In this document: positions 47,602 to 56,404 of the stretch, one piece after another | Layout of the letters: each line of letters starts with the position of its first letter | How positions within the stretch are numbered: position 1 is the stretch's first letter | DNA from: Bdellovibrionales bacterium | GTDB lineage: Bacteria; Bdellovibrionota; Bdellovibrionia; Bdellovibrionales; UBA1609 | NCBI GenBank assembly: GCA_028819545.1 | Contig: JAPPLG010000028.1 | Coordinates: 5,646-69,645 of the forward strand | Length of the DNA: 64,000 nucleotides | Direction: 5' to 3' | Translations under genes and position numbers: made by a program | The notes under the pieces: model-generated | Databases searched by the model: none | What the model saw: only the letters and a program-made list of their open reading frames with translations | Told to the model about the DNA's origin: nothing

Positions 47602-50460
47602 ATGTGGTTAATTAAAGATAAAAATTCTCAAATTCTAGGGCCATTTTCTGATGAAGATATTTGTCAGCAAATTAACTCTTTTCGATTAAGTGGAGATGAA
47701 TTAATTTCCAAAAATTCTTTAGGGCCTTGGAAACCTCTATCTTCTCACCCTCCTTTCTATAAAGAATTATTAAAAGTTTTATCTGATGGTCCACACACAA
47801 AAACACCTAATTCTACAATTAGTTTAAAAGATCCAAAAACCCCTCTTTCTGATACAGATAAACAAACTATAAAACCTTCAACGACGAAGTCTTCTTCTAA
47901 AAAACGATCTATGTCCAGAAAAACTAAAGTAAGCAATAATGAACATATTTCCAATCAAACTCCAACCCATCAGGTTAAGGTTAGAAAAAAAAGTGCAGAC
48001 AACTCTGTTATCGAAATGGCTGATGTTCAGTCAGAAGTATCTAAAAGTTTTATAAGAAGAATCTCTGTTCCTCTTATTGTAGGGGCTCTTCTTTTTTATA
48101 TTATTTTTAATGTACTTGTAAGAGAAGAAGATGTCTCTGAAGGAGATATTCAACTGATCTCCCCCAGGGAAAACCAGCCTGCTGTCTCCCAAGAGGAAAC
48201 TGTAGAAAGAATTAGAAATGGCATGCAGTTTTTTTTAAAAGATGAAGTTTCTTCTTATTTAAAAGCTCAAAGTACGTTTGTACAAGTTGTTGAGGGGGAT
48301 TCTAACAATAAATTAGCTATGGCTTATCTCTGCCTGGCTTATTTTGAACTTTGGCCTTACTCAAAAAGAAGCTCTAAAGATACTCAGTTAGTTTCTTCTA
48401 TTGTTCGAAAGATTAATACTGTAGATCAAGGAGGGGTGTATTCAGCTCTTTGTCGTTCTGTAGAACTTCTTATACACGAAAAATATGAACGTTTAGGCAG
48501 TTTCGTTCAAACGGCTATTAGTGAGCTTTCTAAAAATAAAAATCCGGAAAATGTTTCAATATTTTTCTATTACATAAAAAGTTTATTTCAAATAAATGAA
48601 TTAAATTATAAACAAGCTTTAATTAGTTTGGAGCATGTTCGGACGACGTATCCTAACTGGGTTCGCCCTTATATTGTGAGTGGGAAAACTTTGGAAAAAT
48701 TAAATAACCTAAGTGAGGCTTTGAAATTTTATAACTCTGCTTTAAAGATTAATCCACAGCATAAAACAGCGTCTTTGAAAAAAGGTATTTTAACTTACAA
48801 GTTTCTAAAAAAATATAAAGAGAGTGAAACCCTTATCCAAGGTGCTCTGAATTTACCGGATAAAGTTTTGCCAGAAGATTTGGCAGAAGCTTACTTTGTG
48901 TTATTTCAGCTTGCTCGGAAAAATAATGATACTGCACAAGCAAAAAAATATGCAGAACAGTCTTTTATTCTAAACCCATCTTCAGTAGAGTTAAGAGATT
49001 TTCTTTCTCAATTTAAAAAGAAGGGAGCTAGAATTGTTTCAGATGAGCAAATAAAGAGCAGAAGGCTCATCGAACAAGGGGATCAATTGGAGAGAGAAGG
49101 GCGTGACCTGGAAGCCCGTAGTTACTATAAAATGGCGTTTAAAATAGATGATGACAAGAATTCTATTGCGGCAACTAAAATGGGAGAGAATTTATGGAAC
49201 TTTGGTTTAACAACAGAAGCTATTCAGTGGCTTAAAAAAGCTGTTGTTGCAGACCCAAATCATATGCCTCCTTATATTTTAATGGCAGATTATTATTCTC
49301 AAATTTATGATTTTGATAACGCCTCTAAAATTTTAAAAACAGCATATAGAAAATTTCCAGACAGCCTGGATATTTTTAAAGGGTATGCTTTACTACAGTT
49401 AAGAAGAAACAATTTTGAGTCTACTATTTCCTATGCTCAAAAGGCATTAGCTCTTTATGAGTCTGATGTTGAGTCTTATATTCTGCTTTCAAGAGCTTAT
49501 CAGTCTATGGAGAAATATGATGAGTCTTTGAAAGCGGCTCAAAGAGCTTTAGAAATTGACAGCAATGACAGACAGGTACAGCTTCGTTATGGCGAAGTTT
49601 TAGGATATATCTATGGGGTGGATGTAGCTTTTGATTATTTTGAAAAATTAATATCTAATTCGGAAGTAAACTCTAAAAACTATATTGAATATATTTTGGG
49701 ATTGTCTGATTTTCTTTATGATAACAACAAATATGATCAGGCTTTAAGTGTTATAGATAACTTGTCCGGTCTTCCAGAAAAACCAGCTCGTTACTTTAGT
49801 CTTAGAGGTCAGATATATGATAAGAAAGATAATCTTCAGAGATCCTATGAAGAGTTTATTAATGCTTTGTCTTTAGAGCCCAATAGTCCAACGATTATGT
49901 TTTACCTTTCTCAAACTTTAATTCGCGGTGGTAGGTATGGCGATGCTCGAGAGTACTTACAGCGCATATCCCAGTCTTACCCTCGATATCCTAAGGTGCA
50001 CTATTATATTGCCCGGACCTATTTTCTGGAAGGGGGGACGGAAAACTTAAATAAAGCTCTTAAAGAAACCATAACAGAGAGTCAGTTAAATCCTTTGTTG
50101 CCGGATGCCTATCAGCTGGCAGGAGAGATTTACTTTAGCTTAAAAAAATATATGCTATGTGCTCAAACGTTTCAAAAAGCTATAGAATTGTTGCCGGATG
50201 ATTCTGAACTTTACTTAAGAGTGGCTGAGTGCTATAGAAGATCAGGATATTTAAATTTAGCTTTACAAATGTTGAGGAGCATATCCCAAGGGAAGAATAG
50301 AACTTCAAATCCCAAGGTTTATAGAGAGATGGGAGCTTTATACGAGATGAAACAGGATTATGATAATGCCAGAAAATCTTATGCTATTTATTTTGATATT
50401 TTACCTCAGGCTAAGGATAAAAAAGAAATTGAAGCACGTATTAAACAGTTTGGATTATAA
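47602..50460 (+). CDS. large TPR-repeat protein with N-terminal GYF_2-like domain and one TM helix
   Basis: N-terminus WLIKDKNSQILGPFSDEDI...GPWKPL (GYF-2/DUF4339-like), TM VPLIVGALLFYIIFNVL, then many 34-aa TPR units. Confidence 0.75.
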   Translation: MWLIKDKNSQILGPFSDEDICQQINSFRLSGDELISKNSLGPWKPLSSHPPFYKELLKVLSDGPHTKTPNSTISLKDPKTPLSDTDKQTIKPSTTKSSSKKRSMSRKTKVSNNEHISNQTPTHQVKVRKKSADNSVIEMADVQSEVSKSFIRRISVPLIVGALLFYIIFNVLVREEDVSEGDIQLISPRENQPAVSQEETVERIRNGMQFFLKDEVSSYLKAQSTFVQVVEGDSNNKLAMAYLCLAYFELWPYSKRSSKDTQLVSSIVRKINTVDQGGVYSALCRSVELLIHEKYERLGSFVQTAISELSKNKNPENVSIFFYYIKSLFQINELNYKQALISLEHVRTTYPNWVRPYIVSGKTLEKLNNLSEALKFYNSALKINPQHKTASLKKGILTYKFLKKYKESETLIQGALNLPDKVLPEDLAEAYFVLFQLARKNNDTAQAKKYAEQSFILNPSSVELRDFLSQFKKKGARIVSDEQIKSRRLIEQGDQLEREGRDLEARSYYKMAFKIDDDKNSIAATKMGENLWNFGLTTEAIQWLKKAVVADPNHMPPYILMADYYSQIYDFDNASKILKTAYRKFPDSLDIFKGYALLQLRRNNFESTISYAQKALALYESDVESYILLSRAYQSMEKYDESLKAAQRALEIDSNDRQVQLRYGEVLGYIYGVDVAFDYFEKLISNSEVNSKNYIEYILGLSDFLYDNNKYDQALSVIDNLSGLPEKPARYFSLRGQIYDKKDNLQRSYEEFINALSLEPNSPTIMFYLSQTLIRGGRYGDAREYLQRISQSYPRYPKVHYYIARTYFLEGGTENLNKALKETITESQLNPLLPDAYQLAGEIYFSLKKYMLCAQTFQKAIELLPDDSELYLRVAECYRRSGYLNLALQMLRSISQGKNRTSNPKVYREMGALYEMKQDYDNARKSYAIYFDILPQAKDKKEIEARIKQFGL

Positions 50461-50735
50461 TGGGCGCTAAAACTGATGCAAAATTTATTTTATGTCTTTT
50501 GTTATTGTTTTTAAAAATTTTTTCCGGGTTTATTCTGGGATTTACAATAGCCATCATTGTTCAGACTTTATTAAAGTCTGGTATTTTTTCTGTTATTTTT
50601 GTCACAATAACAATGGCTTTGGCCTTTTTGAAGCTCGTGTGGAACTATAAATTTATGGGGCTTATTGTTTGCAATTTGGTGTTTATCTCGTTGTTTTTAT
50701 TATTTCAACTCTATGTCAATATGTCTGCGGCCTAA
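50460..50735 (+). CDS. small membrane protein (91 aa, 3 helices)
   Basis: TAATG stop/start overlap with the upstream gene. Strongly hydrophobic throughout. Confidence 0.5.
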   Translation: MGAKTDAKFILCLLLLFLKIFSGFILGFTIAIIVQTLLKSGIFSVIFVTITMALAFLKLVWNYKFMGLIVCNLVFISLFLLFQLYVNMSAA

Positions 50736-50738
50736 ACT

Positions 50739-52010
50739 ATGATTGATTTGAAATTATATGAAAAAGATTCAGATTTTCAACAAAGATACTTAACCAGTTT
50801 AAAGAATAGAGGTGAAGATGCTTCTCCTCTGGATAAGGTGATTGAGTTAAATCAATCCAGAAAGAAGATGATTTTTGAAATAGATCAGCTTATTGTTGAA
50901 AGAAGAACACTTGAAAAAAGTTTAAGAGCCTCTGATTCTAATAAAAAAAAGGAAATTGTATCCAAAGCTCAATCCATTGGGAATCAAATTTCTAATCTTC
51001 AAAATCAGCTTAGAGATCTGGAATTAAAAATTGATCATGATCTCATGCATTTTCCCAATATTTGTCACTCAAGTGTTCCTGTAGGATCTACAAGTGAGGA
51101 TAATCAGCTTGTGAGAGAAGTGGGCAGTCCTCGTCAATTTACATTTCCTATATTGTCTCATTTGGAAGTTGCCGCTCAACATATTGATACTCAAAGAGCG
51201 GCTAAAGTTACAGGCGCCAGGTTTTCTTTTCTAAGGGGAGAGGCGGCTTGGCTTGAAAGGGCTTTAGCTCAATATATGCTGGATGTGCATACTAAAAAAA
51301 ATGGATATGAAGAATTGCATACTCCCTATATTGTCAATGCCTCTTCATTAAGACATACAGGGCAACTTCCTAAGTTTAAGGAGGATGTATTTCACCTTTC
51401 AAATTATGAAGGATATTTAATTCCAACTGCAGAAGTGTCTGTAACTAATTTTTTTGCAAATGAAATTTTATCTGATAAAGATTTACCTATAAGGTTTGTG
51501 GCTTACACTCCTTGTTTTCGTTCAGAAGCGGGAGCTTACGGCCAGGATACCAAAGGACTTATTCGTCAGCATCAATTTACAAAGGTGGAGTTGGTTATGT
51601 TTTCTCACCCCTCTTCTTCTTATGATGAGTTGGAAAACTTAACCTCTCATGCAGAAGGTATTTTAAAAAACCTTGAGCTTCCTTATCGTGTCATGAGTCT
51701 TTGTACAGGGGATTTGGGGTTTGGAGCTTCGAAATGTTATGATTTGGAGGTTTGGCTTCCTTCACAAAATACTTTTAGAGAAATCAGCTCTTGTTCTAAT
51801 TATGAGGACTATCAGGCCCGAAGAGCTAAAATTCGTTTTAAATCAGATAAAAAAGTTTCTTTTGTGCATACATTAAATGGTTCCGGTTTAGCGGTGGGAC
51901 GTACTTTAATTGCAATATTGGAAAATTATCAAAATGAAGACGGAAGTGTCACAGTTCCCAAAGTGATTCAACCTTATATGGATGGAAAAAAAGTTATTTT
52001 TGAAAAATAA
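50739..52010 (+). CDS. serS: seryl-tRNA synthetase
   Basis: N-terminal coiled-coil arm and class II motifs (TGQLPKF, CFRSEAG, GSGLAVGRT). Confidence 0.95.
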   Translation: MIDLKLYEKDSDFQQRYLTSLKNRGEDASPLDKVIELNQSRKKMIFEIDQLIVERRTLEKSLRASDSNKKKEIVSKAQSIGNQISNLQNQLRDLELKIDHDLMHFPNICHSSVPVGSTSEDNQLVREVGSPRQFTFPILSHLEVAAQHIDTQRAAKVTGARFSFLRGEAAWLERALAQYMLDVHTKKNGYEELHTPYIVNASSLRHTGQLPKFKEDVFHLSNYEGYLIPTAEVSVTNFFANEILSDKDLPIRFVAYTPCFRSEAGAYGQDTKGLIRQHQFTKVELVMFSHPSSSYDELENLTSHAEGILKNLELPYRVMSLCTGDLGFGASKCYDLEVWLPSQNTFREISSCSNYEDYQARRAKIRFKSDKKVSFVHTLNGSGLAVGRTLIAILENYQNEDGSVTVPKVIQPYMDGKKVIFEK

Positions 52011-52055
52011 ATATTACTTTGTGTGAATAATTGTAGCACTTCGATCTTTTAGATG

Positions 52056-52092
52056 AAGGGGTTCGGTAACAGAATTTGGCAACCCCTTTTTT
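52056..52092 (+). terminator. putative intrinsic terminator after serS
   Basis: AAGGGGTT (52056-52063) pairs with AACCCCTT (52081-52088), followed by a T run. The 17-nt loop is large, hence moderate confidence. Confidence 0.45.
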
Positions 52093-52264
52093 CTAAGGGA
52101 ATACATGAGAACTAATACAACAAAAAGAGCTAAAACAAGAAAGTTGATTTTTACATAGAGATAAAGTTGTTTTTTAGTAAGCTTCATTCTTTTTTGGAAA
52201 ATTACCTTCCAATTCCTTTAATTTCGATCACAGTCTGTTACCATCTGATGTAGCATAGATCATT

Positions 52265-52603
52265 TTAATGATCTATGTTTTCAGCTTCTTTTGCAATATA
52301 TGGACACTCATTGCTTGGCGAGCGTTCTTCTGCGCACACTTTTGTATTATCATATTTTATTACGTATCCTTCTCCTTTTGTATTGTCTGTATTTTCAGTA
52401 TCTTCTTCACATGAGTGTTGTGTAACTAAACATTGATTATTCCCCAAGTACGTTATTTCTACGCCTATTGCTGAGTTTTCACTGCAGTAAACTTCTGTTT
52501 CTCCTATTTCAAGATCCATGTCTTCGCAAGGTTCTATTGAAAAAGCAGATTGTGACAATAAGAATACTGCTGTTAAAAAAAGATACTTTATTATGACATT
52601 CAT
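52265..52603 (-). CDS. small secreted Cys-rich acidic protein (112 aa)
   Basis: Signal peptide MNVIIKYLFLTAVFLLSQSAFS and six Cys in the mature part. Confidence 0.55.
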   Translation of the reverse strand: MNVIIKYLFLTAVFLLSQSAFSIEPCEDMDLEIGETEVYCSENSAIGVEITYLGNNQCLVTQHSCEEDTENTDNTKGEGYVIKYDNTKVCAEERSPSNECPYIAKEAENIDH

Positions 52604-52669
52604 AGAAAACCCCCTTGCGTGAGCAAGACTACTATATTTGCTATAAAAATACTATTTTTTTTAATATTT

Positions 52670-52684
52670 GTGTAATATTTACAT
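52670..52684. promoter_or_regulatory. 15-bp near-palindrome GTGTAA-TAT-TTACAT (candidate operator) in a divergent intergenic region
   Basis: Read directly. It lies 67 nt upstream of the start of the minus-strand gene (52603) and 143 nt upstream of ATG 52827. Confidence 0.3.
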
Positions 52685-52826
52685 ATTCATGAGATTTATT
52701 GAGAAAAATTTTGTTTTTCATGTGTTTTAATTGAAGCACAAAAACGTGATTATGTTTTTTCTTGATTTATAATGTTTCTGCGAATAATTTATTATTGTTC
52801 TGTTTTATTTGCAGACAGGTGTTTAT

Positions 52827-53300
52827 ATGTTTTTTTCTAAAAATAAATTTTTAATTGCTTTGATTAGTGTCTTCATTTTATTTCCTTTTCATATATTAGG
52901 ATCAGAGCCTTCTGATATAAAGGAGGAGCTTCAGGAGCGATTAGATGATATAGGATCTTCTATTATGGATTTTTTAGAAGAACATTCGCCTGATGAATGG
53001 AAAATTGGTTGGGTAACAGATTGGATAGGAAATCCAGATTGGGTGTCATGTAGATATACTGAATATAAATTTCTTGATTTTGATAAGTCAGAACCTATTC
53101 ACAAGTGCTATGAAGTAAATATGAAAACTGTTGGTATGATAGAATATTTCAAGGAGGATGGTATTGATACTGTCAGGTTTTTTCTACCTGGAACTCTTGG
53201 TGAAGATTATACGGATTGTTCTATAGCCAATTTACGGATAGGTAAAGTATGTACAGAACTTTTGAACAATACCTCTGAAGAAAATATCTCTAATAGATAA
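52827..53300 (+). CDS. small secreted protein (157 aa)
   Basis: The ORF opens at TTG 52809. ATG 52827 gives MFFSKNKFLIALISVFILFPFHILG (signal peptide). Confidence 0.55.
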   Translation: MFFSKNKFLIALISVFILFPFHILGSEPSDIKEELQERLDDIGSSIMDFLEEHSPDEWKIGWVTDWIGNPDWVSCRYTEYKFLDFDKSEPIHKCYEVNMKTVGMIEYFKEDGIDTVRFFLPGTLGEDYTDCSIANLRIGKVCTELLNNTSEENISNR

Positions 53301-53709
53301 TTAAAGTTCTTTTTATTTACGTAAAACATCATCCAGTATAGAAGTGATTCGTGTATATAAATTGCCGGTTGCCAATAAATATGTTTCACGATAAAAAAAG
53401 AAATGTTTTCATTAATATAGTGAAAGAAAAACTGTATGAATTTTCACTACAGTATGATTCCAAATATTTATTAAATAAAAAGTAATTATGTAAACAATCT
53501 AAAATTAAAAAAGAGATTTATCATAAACAAAACTTTGTAATTTTGTAAAAAAACTTTACAAATAATTATTTCATTTTGAGTCACTTTATTTTAGAGGTTC
53601 TTAAGGTGAATCTCAATTTATTCAGATAAATCAATGTTTTATCTCTTTCTGTCATAGAATTTGCAAACCTTAAATATGACATTACAGTCTTAAAAAAAGG
53701 GGGCATTCA

Positions 53710-54486
53710 GTGAAAAATAAAATATTTTTTATATTACTTAATTTCATACTATCCAACTATACTTTAGCTGAAGAAAAATTTAATATTCTGGATTCTGTTG
53801 ACACTGAAGAATACGTTCTCTGGGCGGAAATGGCTGTCACACATTCTGTTGTAGAAGCTATTAAAACATTTCAATCCACAAACGAAGCTTTAGGGGTGGA
53901 TCAACTAAACCAAGATCAAAAAAAGATGGTGTCTATTCCCTTATCTGTTGGAGCCCTTGCTACTGTAGCTCTTGCCTCAAACTCTGCCTATAATACAATA
54001 GGCTCTACCCGCACAGTCACTCCGCAGGCTAATGCCTATTTAAGCAAATACATAGATCAAGTATCTTCTTTAGATGACTTGGTTGAGTATGGAAGCACAC
54101 ATTCTGCAAGAGTGAGGCGAAATAAATATGCGAGAGCAAGGCGAGTTTTAGCTCAACAAAATATGTTTCAATTTCAAGAAACAACACAACAACTAAAATC
54201 TCACATTACCGGCTCTTCTAAAGCCAGTGTACTTTCCCGCTTCAATAGAGTCGCTAGAGGAGCAGGAGTTGCCGTAGTAGGTGCTTTAACTACTGGGGCT
54301 TATCTTGCTATTATCGGAAGCACCATGACTGTTGCCTTCGCAAATGAAATGGAAATGCAATTGGTCTTAGAAAAATTTTCAGAGGACATTTATGAAATAG
54401 CAGAAATACTTGAAGTTTCTGATGGTATGGAAATTGCTGGAGCTTTTGATACTATACCCCTTGAAACGGGTGTCGCAACACTTTAA
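53710..54486 (+). CDS. secreted hypothetical protein (258 aa) with Ala/Gly-rich hydrophobic segments
   Basis: AAAGGGGG upstream of the GTG start. Signal peptide IFFILLNFILSNYTLA. Confidence 0.55.
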   Translation: MKNKIFFILLNFILSNYTLAEEKFNILDSVDTEEYVLWAEMAVTHSVVEAIKTFQSTNEALGVDQLNQDQKKMVSIPLSVGALATVALASNSAYNTIGSTRTVTPQANAYLSKYIDQVSSLDDLVEYGSTHSARVRRNKYARARRVLAQQNMFQFQETTQQLKSHITGSSKASVLSRFNRVARGAGVAVVGALTTGAYLAIIGSTMTVAFANEMEMQLVLEKFSEDIYEIAEILEVSDGMEIAGAFDTIPLETGVATL

Positions 54487-54653
54487 ATCGACATAAGTGA
54501 TTTAGAATAAAAATTTATTTACATAGGGGTGTACTTTTAACTGAGATTAGATCTTTTTGGAGTAAAAGTAATCTGCAAGATATTTTGATGTCTTTCAGCT
54601 ATGTGTTCAGTATAAAATGTAACCCATGTCTCCGGTATGGACCCACTTTTTAT

Positions 54654-54729
54654 TGGCTCAGGTGGAGGGACTCGAACCCCCGACAGGGTGGTTAACAGCC
54701 ACCTGCTCTACCAACTGAGCTACACCTGA
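54654..54729 (-). tRNA. tRNA-Asn (GUU), CCA encoded
   Basis: Reverse complement: acceptor TCAGGTG/CACCTGA, anticodon arm GGTGG-CTGTTAA-CCACC, T arm GGGGG-TTCGAGT-CCCTC, then G-CCA. Confidence 0.9.
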
Positions 54730-54840
54730 AAATCCTTAAAAATGTAAACAATATGAGGGTTTTATGTCAATAACACTATTGTCTTATATTGATTTCGGTA
54801 TCTATAGAGGATAACTTAACTAATTGTGTTGTTTCAAAAT

Positions 54841-54927
54841 GGAGAGGTGGCAGAGCGGTTGATTGCACTGGTCTTGAAAACCAGCAGACCTTCGCGGGTC
54901 TCGTGAGTTCGAATCTCACCCTCTCCG
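54841..54927 (+). tRNA. tRNA-Ser (UGA), long variable arm
   Basis: Acceptor GGAGAGG/CCTCTCC, anticodon arm CTGGT-CTTGAAA-ACCAG, extra arm, T arm GTGAG-TTCGAAT-CTCAC. Confidence 0.92.
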
Positions 54928-55221
54928 TTTTGTGCAAAGGTTGCGAAGATATAAAAATAGTCCTATGGACTATTTTTATAAAAAACAACTTTCACAAATC
55001 AATAAAAGATGATTCTTCAAGCTAAGAGGGTCTGAATTGTTTTAGGTTGGCACCTAAAACAATTCAGGATTCGAAGTGAGCGAACGACTTATGACAAAAG
55101 CGAAAGTTTTTGTCATAAGGGATCAAAACAGGATGTTTTGATTAGTGAGTGAAGGGAGCCTACGCAAGGAATGAGCAGGAAGCGAGTGACTGTAGTGGGC
55201 GAATCTCACCCTCTCCGTTTT
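54928..55221 (+). mobile_element. miniature tRNA-associated element, copy 2: two perfect hairpins, ~130-nt conserved structured module, exact 22-nt repeat of the tRNA-Ser(UGA) 3' end and flank
   Basis: CGAATCTCACCCTCTCCGTTTT occurs at 54910-54931 and 55200-55221. Hairpins at 54951-54979 (13 bp) and 55034-55065 (14 bp, loop TGGC). Module 55072-55199 is homologous to 5093-5220. Confidence 0.55.
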
Positions 55222-55256
55222 ATTATTAAAAGAGAAGTAAAATTGTTACGAGAGCT

Positions 55257-55366
55257 ATTTTGTATCAGTGTCTCAAGCGAATTCAGATTTGATCACAGAG
55301 CAGACTGTATAAGTTTGCTCTGTGGCAAAACGCATGTCTGAGCCTTGAGGCATATTAATACAAAAT
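55257..55366. repeat. hairpin (MITE-like) repeat, D family, copy D3
   Basis: Terminal inverted repeats ATTTTGTAT.../...ATACAAAAT, inner CTCAAG/CTTGAG, internal stem CACAGAGCA/TGCTCTGTG. The core CTCTGTGGCAAAACGCATGTCTGAGCC is shared with D2. Confidence 0.75.
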
Positions 55367-55435
55367 ATTCTCGGAAAGTTCAAAAATAATGGGGTTTGAA
55401 GTCAAGGGTGCTGTCTGAGCTTAAATGAGGTTTAA

Positions 55436-56404
55436 TTATTTCTGAATGGAGCGTTTTTTCCATAAATCTTCTAATTGGTAATACTGTCTGAGATAGTCGT
55501 AAAAAATATGAATGATTAAAAAATTGTAATCCAATACAATCCATTGAGATAGAGTTTCTCCTTCAATGTATTGTGGGGAGATTCCATACATTTTATGGAT
55601 ATAGTTTTGTACGGATAGGCATAGTGATCGTACATGGCGGGTGTTTAAACCTGATGTCACTAAGATGGATTCATAAATTGTTTCTTTAAATTGAAATAAT
55701 TGGGGGTTTAAAGCGCCTTTCTCGGCTAAAAAAGTGGTGATGTCATTAAATACCTGATTTTGAGAAGATGTATCTTTCAAATATTTATAATGCTTTTGGA
55801 TCAATGGGGTGGTTTTAGGATGTAACATTTCTGAAACAGGTAAATCCAACTTAAGTTTATTTCTAACTTGAGTGGAAGAAATATTTTGAAACCTTATGGG
55901 TTCAATTAAATTTAGTGTTTTCCCTGTATTTAATTCTCCTTTATTTTTGTCCAATTTTTTTAGATATTTTTGAAAGATGACAGGCCAGTTTTTTTTCTTT
56001 TTAAAATCTGTATGAGAGAAAATAATTAAGTTTACTTTATGGAGAATTTGCTCGAAATTTTTCCAGGAGTGAAGTTGAAAAAACAGCTCTTCTCCAAGAA
56101 TAAGATAGACTTCTTCTTTTTCCAAAGAGAGTTGATTAAGAGTGTCTATAGTGTAGCTGGTATCTCGTCTCTTTATTTCAAGGTCTAATACTTTAACTTT
56201 AGGGATGTCTTTAAAGGATTCTGTAATTATTTCCAAACGCTCTTCAGGTTTTATTTGAGACAGATCTTTACCCGGAGTTTGATAAGATGGAATGATATAA
56301 ATGTCATCTAAATTCATTTCTTGTATGCAAGTTTCAACAACCCATCTATGTCCTTTATGAGGAGGATCAAAACTGCCTCCAAATATTCCTATTTTTCTTC
56401 TCAT
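55436..56404 (-). CDS. nadD: fusion protein: nicotinate-nucleotide adenylyltransferase (NadD) + ribosomal silencing factor RsfS
   Basis: N-terminal IGIFGGSFDPPHKGH ... ISSTQVR (NadD). The C-terminal ~110 aa, LVTSGLNTRHVRSLCLSV...WIVLDYNFLIIHIFYDYLRQYYQLEDLW, matches the RsfS/iojap signature (W.v.D.g.v.vH.f....R.yY.LE.LW). Confidence 0.85.
   Translation of the reverse strand: MRRKIGIFGGSFDPPHKGHRWVVETCIQEMNLDDIYIIPSYQTPGKDLSQIKPEERLEIITESFKDIPKVKVLDLEIKRRDTSYTIDTLNQLSLEKEEVYLILGEELFFQLHSWKNFEQILHKVNLIIFSHTDFKKKKNWPVIFQKYLKKLDKNKGELNTGKTLNLIEPIRFQNISSTQVRNKLKLDLPVSEMLHPKTTPLIQKHYKYLKDTSSQNQVFNDITTFLAEKGALNPQLFQFKETIYESILVTSGLNTRHVRSLCLSVQNYIHKMYGISPQYIEGETLSQWIVLDYNFLIIHIFYDYLRQYYQLEDLWKKRSIQK

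Noticed and set aside
52014-52187. Unlisted 57-codon minus-strand ORF (MKLTKKQLYLYVKINFLVLALFVVLVLMYS...) downstream of the Cys-rich protein gene
   Set aside because: It has no SD, overlaps the serS terminator hairpin, and is short. It could be a small membrane peptide, but the sequence alone does not support it.
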